Positions 37,415 to 46,227 of a stretch of 64,000 nucleotides of DNA are shown here, piece by piece. Position 1 is the first letter of the stretch; every line of letters starts with the position of its first letter. The stretch covers positions 28,502-92,501 of the forward strand of contig CACJAV010000004.1 in assembly GCA_902591485.1 (NCBI GenBank). Reading direction: 5' to 3'. Below the pieces are notes generated by a model, which saw only the letters and a program-made list of their open reading frames with translations, made no database searches and had not been told where the DNA came from. Both the position numbers and the translations under genes were made by a program. The stretch is from an uncultured Alphaproteobacteria bacterium. Lineage in GTDB: Bacteria > Pseudomonadota > Alphaproteobacteria > HIMB59 > GCA-002718135.

Positions 37415-38262
37415 GCTCTAGAACCCTTCAATTTACTGCACATTTTATTTTATGGCTTGGTGTCTTGGTTATGGTCGTACCAATTTGGATTGCTTTTGCA
37501 AGCTCAACTCACGAAAATGTTGACATAATTACTGAGGGGATGAAATGGGGATTAGGTGATAAGTTTTTTGATAACTACAATGAAGTACTAAATCGAAAAG
37601 GCGGTTTCTCACAAGAAATAACAGCTACGAGTATGTTTATAAATAGCTTCATTATGGCTTTTGGTATTGCTACTGTAAAAGTAATAATATCAGCTATGTC
37701 TGCTTATGCTATTGTTTACTTTAGATTTAGACTAGCTACACCAATTTTTTGGTTAATCTTTATCACTCTTCTTGTGCCTCTTGAGGTAAGAATATTGCCA
37801 AGCTATCAAATAGTGTCAGATTTAAATTTAACAAATTCATATACAGGGTTAGTACTACCTCTTGTAGCTTCTGCTACAGCAACATTTTTCTTTAGGCAAT
37901 TTTATAAATCTGTTCCAGATGAACTTTTGGAAGCTGCAAAATTAGATGGGGCAAATAGTTGGAAATTCTTTATTGATTTTCTTCTACCTTTGTCCAAAAC
38001 AATGATAGCAGCTATGTTTATCTTCATGTTCGTTTATGGTTATAGCCAATATTTATGGCCATTAATTATGACTACAGATGAGAAATATTGGACAGTCGTA
38101 ATGGGAATGAAGATTATATTTCAAGAGTCTTACGAGGGTGGAAATCTCCCAAGAGTTGCTGAGAGATTTTCATATATAATTTTATCAATGATACCTCCAG
38201 TGTTGGTGGTTATCTTTTTACAACGATGGTTTATTAAGGGCCTAATACAAACGGAGAAATAA
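37411..38262 (+). CDS. ugpE: G3P ABC transporter permease UgpE, copy 2
   Basis: 283 aa with an ATGA overlap to copy 1. ASATATFFFRQF and the C-terminal GLIQTEK resemble E. coli UgpE more closely than copy 1 does. Confidence 0.85.
   Translation: MSSRTLQFTAHFILWLGVLVMVVPIWIAFASSTHENVDIITEGMKWGLGDKFFDNYNEVLNRKGGFSQEITATSMFINSFIMAFGIATVKVIISAMSAYAIVYFRFRLATPIFWLIFITLLVPLEVRILPSYQIVSDLNLTNSYTGLVLPLVASATATFFFRQFYKSVPDELLEAAKLDGANSWKFFIDFLLPLSKTMIAAMFIFMFVYGYSQYLWPLIMTTDEKYWTVVMGMKIIFQESYEGGNLPRVAERFSYIILSMIPPVLVVIFLQRWFIKGLIQTEK
37921..37973 (+). repeat. 53-bp tract 100% identical to 37100-37152
   Basis: The offset is 821 bp and the sequence is the same as in copy 1. Confidence 0.95.
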
Positions 38263-39315
38263 ATGAGTTATTTAGAGTTAGACAATGTAACTAAAATTTA
38301 TCCAAATGGAACAAAAGCTGTAAATGAAACTTCTCTAAGTATTAGTGAGGGAGAACTAATGGTATTTGTTGGACCAAGTGGATGTGGCAAATCAACTTTA
38401 TTAAGAATGATAGCTGGTTTAGAAGATATTACTGGTGGAGAAATTAAATTAGATAATAGAGTAATTAATAAAGTTGACCCTTCTGAAAGAGATGTTGCAA
38501 TGGTTTTTCAAAATTATGCTCTTTACCCGCACATGAATGTTTACAAGAATTTAGCATATGGATTAAAAAATAAAGGAGAATCAAAGGAAGAGATAGAAAA
38601 AAAAGTAAATGAAGTAGCTGAACTTTTAGAAATCAAAGAATTTCTATTAAGAAAACCGGGTCAACTTTCAGGTGGACAAAGACAACGTGTTGCGATGGGC
38701 AGAGCTATAGTCAGAAATCCAAAAGCCTTTTTATTTGATGAGCCTTTATCTAACCTAGATGCAAAATTAAGAGGACAAGTTAGAATTGAAATTAAAAAAT
38801 TGCAAAAGCAAATGGGTGTTACAAGTGTATTTGTTACACATGATCAAGTAGAAGCTATGACATTAGGAGATCGATTAGCTGTAATAAATGAAGGGGTTAT
38901 TGAGCAAGTAGGCTCACCCATTGAGGTTTATGAAAAGCCAGCAACATATTTTGTAGCAGAATTTATAGGAACACCACAAATGAATTTTATTAATGGTAAA
39001 ATTCATGCAAATAAATTTATTTCAGATGAATTTGAATGTTCAATAAATAAAGATGTAAAGGATCAAGAAGTAATTTTTGGTATTAGACCAGAAAACCTAA
39101 AAGTGAGCGCAAATGGCAGTATAAAGATTAAAGTAGATCTCATAGAAAAGCTTGGCGCTGACAGTATTATCTATGGTTATGATAAATCAAACAATTATTT
39201 ATGTTATAGAGAAAATGGTAATACTAAAATAAAAGCGAATGAAGAAATTTCATTAGAAATTGAAGATGAAAATTATCACTTGTTTGATCAAGAGACAAAA
39301 AAAAGATTAAACTAA
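38263..39315 (+). CDS. ugpC: G3P ABC transporter ATP-binding protein
   Basis: 350 aa. GPSGCGKST, LSGGQRQRVAMGRA and LFDEPLSNLD motifs are present. Confidence 0.9.
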   Translation: MSYLELDNVTKIYPNGTKAVNETSLSISEGELMVFVGPSGCGKSTLLRMIAGLEDITGGEIKLDNRVINKVDPSERDVAMVFQNYALYPHMNVYKNLAYGLKNKGESKEEIEKKVNEVAELLEIKEFLLRKPGQLSGGQRQRVAMGRAIVRNPKAFLFDEPLSNLDAKLRGQVRIEIKKLQKQMGVTSVFVTHDQVEAMTLGDRLAVINEGVIEQVGSPIEVYEKPATYFVAEFIGTPQMNFINGKIHANKFISDEFECSINKDVKDQEVIFGIRPENLKVSANGSIKIKVDLIEKLGADSIIYGYDKSNNYLCYRENGNTKIKANEEISLEIEDENYHLFDQETKKRLN

Positions 39316-39900
39316 AAATTTTTTAATTTCTGTCTTAATAATATTTGGATCTGTTAAATGAATAGTTTTAAAATTCATTTCTTGAGCTGCCTGAATATTT
39401 TCTAACTTATCATCAATAAACACGGTCTCTTCCGGATTTAAATTAAAACGATCTCTTGCTAATTGATAAATAGCATGATCAGGTTTAATAAGTTTATCCT
39501 CACCAGAAATAAGAAGTCCGTCAAATAATTTTAAAAAAGGATAATCATCCGTCATACCTTCAAAAGTTTCTGCTGACCAATTAGATAATACGTAGCAGTC
39601 GTAATTTTTATCTTTAAGTTTTTTTAAGATATCTACTGACTCCTCAAAAACTCCTCTGATCATTTTACGATGATTTTTGTAATACATCTTAATTACTTTT
39701 TCATAATGAGGAAATTTAGGAATTAGCTCTAACTCAGCTTCAGCAATAGATCTTCCTGCATCTTGTTGAACGTTCCATTGATCATTGCAAACTTCTGCTA
39801 AGAAGAATTCTCTCTCTTCAATATTTTCAAATACATTCTTATAAAAGTGATCAGGATCCCAATCAAAAAATACACCACCTAAATCAAAAAGAAATTTCAT
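39307..39900 (-). CDS. HAD-superfamily hydrolase (phosphatase)
   Basis: ATG at 39900 gives MKFLFDLGGVFFDW (HAD motif I). The ORF-track TTG at 39936 is less likely. A 9-nt convergent overlap joins it to ugpC. Confidence 0.8.
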   Translation of the reverse strand: MKFLFDLGGVFFDWDPDHFYKNVFENIEEREFFLAEVCNDQWNVQQDAGRSIAEAELELIPKFPHYEKVIKMYYKNHRKMIRGVFEESVDILKKLKDKNYDCYVLSNWSAETFEGMTDDYPFLKLFDGLLISGEDKLIKPDHAIYQLARDRFNLNPEETVFIDDKLENIQAAQEMNFKTIHLTDPNIIKTEIKKFLV

Positions 39901-39950
39901 AAAATCTATTTTGTTGTATAATTTAATTACTATCAAAATTCATTATATTT

Positions 39951-40814
39951 ATGAAAAAAAAAATTGAATTAATTATTCAAAAAGAATTAAATAATTTAAT
40001 AGGAAAAAAATTTTCTAAAAGTTATATTTGTAAATATATATTACCAATTATTCAGTATATTTATAAAACTCATGATAAGAAATTTATAATTTCTGGCTCC
40101 CAAGGTTCTGGTAAATCAACTTTATCAAAGTTAATTAAAATTATTATTGAAAAAACTTCATCAAAAAAAGTAATGCTTCTTAGTATTGATGATTACTACT
40201 TATCTAAAATAGATAGATATAATCTTTCACAGCAAATCCATCCTCTTCTTATAACTAGAGGTGTTCCAGGTACTCACAATATAAAAAAACTAAAAGAGCA
40301 TTTAGGACAATTTAAAAAAAAACAGTTTCCAATTATAACTCCAACTTTTAATAAACTAAAAGATGATATTTCAAAAAAAACTAAAGTTTTTAATAAAGCT
40401 GATATTTTAATTTTAGAAGGCTGGTGCTGTGGGGCAAAACCTATTGAAAATAAGTTTCTTTATAAAAATTTAAATAAAATTGAGAGAGATTTAGACAAAG
40501 ATTTTAAATGGAGAAAATATTATAATTCGAAATTAAAAAAAGAATATCAACAAATATTTAAGACTTTTGACAGAACAATTTATCTTCAACCTCCATCATT
40601 CCACTTTGTTCTAAAATGGAGATACGCACAAGAAAAAAATAATGCAAAAAAAACAAAAACTAAAAATTTTATGAACAAAAATGCAACCAAAACTTTTATC
40701 TTATATTACGAAAAATTAACTAAGTGGATGATTAAAAGCATGCCTGCTAATGCAGACATGTTAATTAAAGTCGATCAAGCACAGAAAATTGAGAAAATTA
40801 TTTATTATGATTGA
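39951..40814 (+). CDS. P-loop kinase, COG4240 / D-glycerate 3-kinase-like
   Basis: 287 aa. GSQGSGKST is the Walker A motif. SIDDYYL and ILEGWC motifs recall GLYK/TDA10-type kinases. Confidence 0.55.
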   Translation: MKKKIELIIQKELNNLIGKKFSKSYICKYILPIIQYIYKTHDKKFIISGSQGSGKSTLSKLIKIIIEKTSSKKVMLLSIDDYYLSKIDRYNLSQQIHPLLITRGVPGTHNIKKLKEHLGQFKKKQFPIITPTFNKLKDDISKKTKVFNKADILILEGWCCGAKPIENKFLYKNLNKIERDLDKDFKWRKYYNSKLKKEYQQIFKTFDRTIYLQPPSFHFVLKWRYAQEKNNAKKTKTKNFMNKNATKTFILYYEKLTKWMIKSMPANADMLIKVDQAQKIEKIIYYD

Positions 40815-41275
40815 TAATTTTCAATAGCTTGAAGAAGGTCTTTATACTCCTCAGCATTTTTTCCAACTAAGTTTTCCAATTTACTTAACATTCTCATAGC
40901 TTGATTTTTTTGATCTCGCATCAAGTATAGTTCACCTAAATATTCATGAGCACCTGCATGCTCTGGATTTATTTCTAAAGCCATCATATAAGCAGCAAAA
41001 GACTTATCGAGTTTAGGATTTTCTAATTTTCTATAACTAAAACCAAGAAGATTATAAATATCTGCTCTCCTTGTACCTAAATCCTCTCTTTTTGTAAGTT
41101 TTTTAAGTAGTTTAAGAGATTTGTCATATTTTTTGTTATAGATATGTTTTTCAGCTAACTCATATAAACTGTTAATTTGATCAGGTGTTGTCGAAGAATC
41201 ACTATTGCTCGACTCTGTACCAGCACCATTGACATTAAATGAAATTAGCAAAAGTAATATTAATAGTTTTTTCAT
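40805..41275 (-). CDS. Secreted TPR-repeat protein
   Basis: 156 aa with a signal peptide, a Ser-rich linker and TPR-like repeats (AYMMALEINPEHAGAHEYLGELY). Confidence 0.7.
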   Translation of the reverse strand: MKKLLILLLLISFNVNGAGTESSNSDSSTTPDQINSLYELAEKHIYNKKYDKSLKLLKKLTKREDLGTRRADIYNLLGFSYRKLENPKLDKSFAAYMMALEINPEHAGAHEYLGELYLMRDQKNQAMRMLSKLENLVGKNAEEYKDLLQAIENYQS

Positions 41276-41313
41276 TCTGGAGATATATTTCAGTAATTTT
41301 AGATTTCAATAGT

Positions 41314-41787
41314 CTAAAAAAACATCCATTTTTTTACAGCTATTAGATACCGATCATACTCATCCCCAAAAGTTTCAATGAGATACTTTTCTTCCTTAGG
41401 AATAACGAAGCTATTTATCCAGAAAAATAAACCTAAAGAGCTTAAAAAATAAGCCACATTCTCAAATATTAAAAACATACTGAATTGAAAAAGAATGAAT
41501 GCCATATACATTGGGTTTCTGCAGTAAGCAAAAATACCAGTTTTAATAATCCTTTTTGTATGAGTTTGAGGTTTTGGATTTTCTTTGTATGAATTAAATA
41601 TATTTAATGATGAAAAAAAAAGTGCTAAACTCAGCACTAAACCAATCACTCCTAATAAATTTAGTAAAGTAAATAAATTATACTTAGGTATCAAAAATTC
41701 TCCTACTACATATGAAATTACCAATAAGTACCCAAATATTTCTAGAGGATTTCCTTTGATTGCTGGACCCATTTTAGTAACTTTCAA
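41314..41787 (-). CDS. Isoprenylcysteine carboxyl methyltransferase / PEMT-family membrane methyltransferase
   Basis: 157 aa with 4 TM segments. GIFAYCRNPMYMAF is the family motif. Confidence 0.7.
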   Translation of the reverse strand: MKVTKMGPAIKGNPLEIFGYLLVISYVVGEFLIPKYNLFTLLNLLGVIGLVLSLALFFSSLNIFNSYKENPKPQTHTKRIIKTGIFAYCRNPMYMAFILFQFSMFLIFENVAYFLSSLGLFFWINSFVIPKEEKYLIETFGDEYDRYLIAVKKWMFF

Positions 41788-42433
41788 TTATGTCTTTAAT
41801 TTTTTTATAGTTATTTGTAACAGCTATTGCCCCAGCTTCAAGTAGATCTTTTTCATCTCTATTCTCATGCCAGTGACCGCCAGCAGTTAAGCCAATAACC
41901 TTGACATTTGCACTATAGCCAGCTTTTACACCAACAACACTATCTTCAATTATTATCGTTTCATCTTTATTGAGTTTGTTGTCCTCAATTGCTTTTAAAT
42001 ATACATCTGGATACGGTTTTGGGTTTTTTACAAGATCAAATGAATAAACTTGGTTTGGTTTGAAATATTTGTCTAATTTTACCCTATTTAATCCATCCAG
42101 TATTTTTTCTTTTGTGCTGTTTGAGCCAATGTATAAATTTAGTGATATTTCCTCTAAAAATTTATTAGCTCCATTCACAACAGTTAATTCATTTTTATAA
42201 ATGTTAGAAGAAATGTGCATTATATCATCAAAAAATTTTTGCTGATTTTTAATTGAGTATTTTTCAGATAGCAGAGCTATTGTTTGAACTGTTTTATTAC
42301 CTGCATAATCAGCAAATTTTCTATCATTTATAGTAATGCCAAAATTGTGCATATATTTAGCAAAAGCTTTAGCAACTAAAATTTCACTATCAACTAGAAC
42401 ACCATCAAAATCAAAAATTATATTTTTAATCAT
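41774..42433 (-). CDS. HAD-superfamily hydrolase, beta-phosphoglucomutase-like subfamily
   Basis: 219 aa. IIFDFDGVLVDSE is motif I. GSNS and EDSVVGVKAG motifs are also present. Confidence 0.85.
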   Translation of the reverse strand: MIKNIIFDFDGVLVDSEILVAKAFAKYMHNFGITINDRKFADYAGNKTVQTIALLSEKYSIKNQQKFFDDIMHISSNIYKNELTVVNGANKFLEEISLNLYIGSNSTKEKILDGLNRVKLDKYFKPNQVYSFDLVKNPKPYPDVYLKAIEDNKLNKDETIIIEDSVVGVKAGYSANVKVIGLTAGGHWHENRDEKDLLEAGAIAVTNNYKKIKDIIESY

Positions 42434-42504
42434 AAATACGCAATGTTTTTACAGATTTTTTGATGATTTGGATTTTTTTTATTGAAATTTTATGGATTTA
42501 TAAT

Positions 42505-42581
42505 ACGCTGTAGAACAGCGATACATAACTCGTCGTCGTCATACGGAAGTGGGATAGGTCGCCTTCAAATTGGGAGGTAAA
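42505..42581 (+). promoter_or_regulatory. GC-rich candidate regulatory 5' leader of the monooxygenase operon
   Basis: 62 nt (42505-42566) have 32 G+C (52%) against a ~30% background. A hairpin CGCTG-tagaa-CAGCG lies at 42506-42520. A (TCG)3 run lies at 42530-42540. CCUUC (42562-42566) can pair with the SD GGAGG (42573-42577) or, alternatively, with GAAG (42546-42549). Confidence 0.35.
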
Positions 42582-43754
42582 ATGAAAATTGGCTATTTCT
42601 GCAATTCAACTAACTGGGGAAATAAAAAAACTTATAATCAAATTCTTAACGAAATAAGAGAGATTGCTACTTATTGTGATCAAAATGATTGGGACTCAAT
42701 TTGGTTTTCGGAACATCACTTTAGTCATGAAGGTATGGAGATTTGCCCCAATCCTATTCTTTTAAGTTCTGATATAGCAGCTAGAACAAACAAAATTAGA
42801 GTTGGTCAAGCTGCATCAATAATAACATTTTGGAATCCTATACGTGCTGCTGAAGATATCGCGTTATTAGATCAGTTGTCTAATGGGAGAGTTGAAGCTG
42901 GTGTGGGCAGAGGTATTTATGGAAGAGAAGCTCTAAACATGAATGCAGATGCTGATATGAAAGATCAAGCAAAAAACTTCAGATTATTTGAGGAAACTCT
43001 TACTATCATTAAAAAAGCTTGGACTGAAAAATTTTTTAACCATGAAGGTGAATTTTATACCTATCCAGCTCCTAATTTTGAATGGGAACATGACATGAGT
43101 CCACCAAATTCTGAATTCATGAACATGGACAGTAAAATTTTAGAAAAAATAAGTGTTGTACCTCAGCCAGTTCAAAAACCACACCCACCATTATGGCAAG
43201 TAGTAGATAGTCCAAGCTCAATAGAATGGGCAGCAAAAAATGATATTAGTATTATTATGTGGATACCTCCAGTTCAATCACTAAAAAAGCGTTTTGAAAT
43301 TTATCAAAAGGCTAAAGCTGAAAAAGAAAAACGTCATGTTGAATTAGGTGAAGGTATTAGTGTTGTAAGAGATATGTTTGTTGCTGAAAGTATGGAAGAA
43401 GCAAAAGACAAAGCTGGAGAGCAAATGGTTAATTATATGCGATGGGTATGTCACTGGAGAGGTCTAGGCACTCACATGAATCCAGGGGAGGAATTACCTA
43501 AAACAGATCATAAATTAGATTTACTATCATATGAATTTTTGCATGAAAGAAACATGCTTTTTGGTACGGTAGATTACATTATAGCTAAAATAGAGGAAAT
43601 GCAAAGAGAACTAAACTTACAAAATTTAAAAGTTTGGTCAAATTTTCCTGAAGTAAAACATGAAGATTGCATGAAAAGTATTAAATTATTTACCGAAAAA
43701 ATAATTCCACATTTTAAAAGTAAATCAAAAAGAAAAGTTAAAGCTGCTTCCTAA
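42582..43754 (+). CDS. Luciferase-like (LLM-class) flavin-dependent monooxygenase/oxidoreductase
   Basis: ATG at 42582 (MKIGYFCN) lies after GGGAGG. The SEHHF motif and TIM-barrel LLM pattern are present. The ORF-track TTG at 42570 is rejected. Confidence 0.85.
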   Translation: MKIGYFCNSTNWGNKKTYNQILNEIREIATYCDQNDWDSIWFSEHHFSHEGMEICPNPILLSSDIAARTNKIRVGQAASIITFWNPIRAAEDIALLDQLSNGRVEAGVGRGIYGREALNMNADADMKDQAKNFRLFEETLTIIKKAWTEKFFNHEGEFYTYPAPNFEWEHDMSPPNSEFMNMDSKILEKISVVPQPVQKPHPPLWQVVDSPSSIEWAAKNDISIIMWIPPVQSLKKRFEIYQKAKAEKEKRHVELGEGISVVRDMFVAESMEEAKDKAGEQMVNYMRWVCHWRGLGTHMNPGEELPKTDHKLDLLSYEFLHERNMLFGTVDYIIAKIEEMQRELNLQNLKVWSNFPEVKHEDCMKSIKLFTEKIIPHFKSKSKRKVKAAS

Positions 43755-45448
43755 TGATTAATAAAAAAAACCCACCTATCTCAGGGGGTAAAGCAGTTGT
43801 TGAATGCTTAAAAGCGAATAATGTAAAGTACGTTTTTGGACTAATAGGTTCTGCCACAATGGAACTTTTTGATGCATTATATGATGAACAGAGTATTAAA
43901 TTTATAGATGTAAGAGATGAGCGCACTGGTGCTCACATGGCTGACGCATATGCAAGAGCTTCAGGCAATCATGGTGTGATGATTGCAGGTCAGAATGGTC
44001 CTGGTGCTACAAACTTAGTAACGGGCGTTGCTCAAGCTAAAGCAGCTTTTTCACCACTTTTATCGATAGCCGGAGCAATAGCAACTGAACATCAAGGAAA
44101 GGATGCCTTTCAAGAAGTTGATCAACAAAAACTCTTTGAACCAATAACAAAAAAGACATTTTCTATAGAAGAAACAAAAAACATAGCAGTTGATTTAAAT
44201 GAGGCTATGAGATTAGCAAAAAATGGTAAATGGGGACCTGTACATGTAAATATTCCTCGAGATGTCTTGTCAGGAAATGAAAGTTTTAAAAGTTTTGTAT
44301 TTAAAAATAAAATAGAAGACAAACAAATTGACAACAATGATTTAGAGAAAATCATTGCATTAATCGAAGGAGCTGAAAAGCCAGTAATAATTTGTGGCGC
44401 AGGTATTAAAAATTCAAATTCTCAAAAAGAAGTAATCTCTCTTTCAAAACATTTAAATATACCACTTGTATCATCTGCAGGTCATGGCGATGTTATTCCT
44501 TTTGACTGCAATCTATATGCAGGTCAAATGGGTCCTAGAGGTAATAAAATTGCTTCACAATTAGTAAATAATGCAGACCTTATTATAGCCATTGGAACAA
44601 GACTTGGCTTTAACTCAACTTTTTATTCTTACGACAATATCTCTAAATCTGCAAAAATAGTACAGGTAGATATTGATCCAATTGCTTTAGGTAGATATTT
44701 TCCTATTGAGTTAGGGATAAATAACGATGCAAAAAAATTTTTAGAAAATTTACTAACTTTATTAAGTCTAAAAAAATTAAAGTATAATAATAGCGTTTGG
44801 GTAAACAGTTTTATAAATGAAAGAAATAATTATTATAAAAAAAGAGATAGTGAAGCGGATGTAGGATCAAAAACAATTCAACCCTCTGGCCTTTTCAAAG
44901 AGTTAAGAGATATTATGCCAAAAAATTCATCAGTTACATTAGATGCAGGTACATTGTGTCTTCAAGCAACTGATCAATTTAATTTTGCTGAGCCGAAATC
45001 ATTGTTTACACCTCTAGATTTTGGGTTAGTAGGATTCTCATTTGCTGCAGGACTAGGAGTAAAACTAGCAAAACCTAATTCACCAGTATTTAGTTTGATG
45101 GGTGATGGTGGTTTTGGAATGACGGTATCAGAGCTATCAACTGCCGTTCAGCACAACATAAATACCATTACTATCGTGATGAACAATAAATCATGGGGAG
45201 CAGAAAAAGCATATCAAAGAGATTATTATAAAAAAAGATATATTGGGGCTGATATTTCAAGTCCACCATTTCATGAACTTGCCGAATTATACGGTGCAAA
45301 AGGGTATCATATAACTCAGCTTAAAGACTTCAAAAATGCTGTTTCTGATGCTTTAGTGTGTAACATGCCATCTGTAATTAACGTAGAAGTTGACCCAAAA
45401 GCTCTATACAGTTTCAGAAAAGACTCTTTTACACATAGAGTGAAATGA
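43754..45448 (+). CDS. Thiamine-diphosphate-dependent enzyme (acetolactate synthase / sulfoacetaldehyde acetyltransferase superfamily)
   Basis: 564 aa. GQNGPGATNLVTG, FQEVDQ and the ThDP motif GDGGFGM...NN are present. A TAATG overlap joins it to the LLM gene. Confidence 0.85.
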   Translation: MINKKNPPISGGKAVVECLKANNVKYVFGLIGSATMELFDALYDEQSIKFIDVRDERTGAHMADAYARASGNHGVMIAGQNGPGATNLVTGVAQAKAAFSPLLSIAGAIATEHQGKDAFQEVDQQKLFEPITKKTFSIEETKNIAVDLNEAMRLAKNGKWGPVHVNIPRDVLSGNESFKSFVFKNKIEDKQIDNNDLEKIIALIEGAEKPVIICGAGIKNSNSQKEVISLSKHLNIPLVSSAGHGDVIPFDCNLYAGQMGPRGNKIASQLVNNADLIIAIGTRLGFNSTFYSYDNISKSAKIVQVDIDPIALGRYFPIELGINNDAKKFLENLLTLLSLKKLKYNNSVWVNSFINERNNYYKKRDSEADVGSKTIQPSGLFKELRDIMPKNSSVTLDAGTLCLQATDQFNFAEPKSLFTPLDFGLVGFSFAAGLGVKLAKPNSPVFSLMGDGGFGMTVSELSTAVQHNINTITIVMNNKSWGAEKAYQRDYYKKRYIGADISSPPFHELAELYGAKGYHITQLKDFKNAVSDALVCNMPSVINVEVDPKALYSFRKDSFTHRVK

Positions 45449-46227
45449 GTTTACAAGAATTTAAAGACTCGCATGGCAGTTATTATCAATTAAATAATAT
45501 TAAGGATAAACCTATTACTATTTTTATTCACGGAGTTGGTTTGGATAATACAATGTGGTATCCACAAAAAAAATTTTTTTCCTCTAAACCAGTTTTGTTC
45601 TATGATTTAATCAATCATGGCCAATCTACTGGTGGTTATAAAAAACTAAATTTTGAAATTTTTAGCAACCAATTATTAAATTTAATCAATGAAATAAAAA
45701 CAGATAAAATTAATATTGTTGGATTTTCAATTGGAGCACTAATTGCGCAACATTTTACAGAGAAATTTTATGAGAGAGTAAATAAATTAGTTTTGATTGC
45801 AAGCGTGTTTAAAAGATCAGAAGAACAAATTAAAATTGTTCAAGATCGTTATAGAGCTGCCAGAAATGGCACTAGCATAACTTTAGATTCCATTAACAGA
45901 TGGTTTTCAGATGATTTTTTAAAAAATAATCCTGAAGTTTATAAATTTTTTTATAATCTTTTAGAGAAAAAAAATAATGAAGATTTTTTATCTGCCTACA
46001 AAGTTTTTGTTGAATCTGATCAATATAATATAAGCTACTTAAACTTTAAAATGCCTACTTTAATTATGACTGGTGAAAATGAGGTCGGCTCGAAACCTTT
46101 AATGAGTGAGGGCATTTCAAAAGAAATTGATAATAGTGAATTATATATTATTAAAAACGCAAAGCACGGCGCAACTATTGAGCAAGCTGAGGCTGTTAAT
46201 CAAAAATTAAATAATTTTTTATTTTAA
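45445..46227 (+). CDS. Alpha/beta-fold hydrolase (enol-lactonase/esterase-like)
   Basis: 260 aa. HGVG is the oxyanion region and GFSIGA is the nucleophile elbow. An ATGA overlap joins it to the ThDP gene. Confidence 0.8.
   Translation: MSLQEFKDSHGSYYQLNNIKDKPITIFIHGVGLDNTMWYPQKKFFSSKPVLFYDLINHGQSTGGYKKLNFEIFSNQLLNLINEIKTDKINIVGFSIGALIAQHFTEKFYERVNKLVLIASVFKRSEEQIKIVQDRYRAARNGTSITLDSINRWFSDDFLKNNPEVYKFFYNLLEKKNNEDFLSAYKVFVESDQYNISYLNFKMPTLIMTGENEVGSKPLMSEGISKEIDNSELYIIKNAKHGATIEQAEAVNQKLNNFLF

Noticed and set aside
42482-42504. Consensus-looking promoter hexamers TTGAAA (42482-42487) and TATAAT (42499-42504) upstream of the monooxygenase operon.
   Set aside because: The spacer is only 11 nt, which is incompatible with a sigma-70 promoter using both hexamers. 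The TATAAT may still act as a -10 with a poor -35, but I cannot support a promoter call.
42498-42542. Minus-strand 14-codon ORF MTTTSYVSLFYSVL* with three consecutive rare ACG Thr codons inside the GC-rich island. It could be an attenuator leader peptide for the HAD gene at 42433.
   Set aside because: There is no Shine-Dalgarno within range (the nearest GAAGG is ~20 nt upstream). No terminator/antiterminator hairpin lies between it and the HAD start. A HAD phosphatase has no link to threonine supply. The plus-strand leader interpretation explains the GC island better. It is kept only as an alternative.
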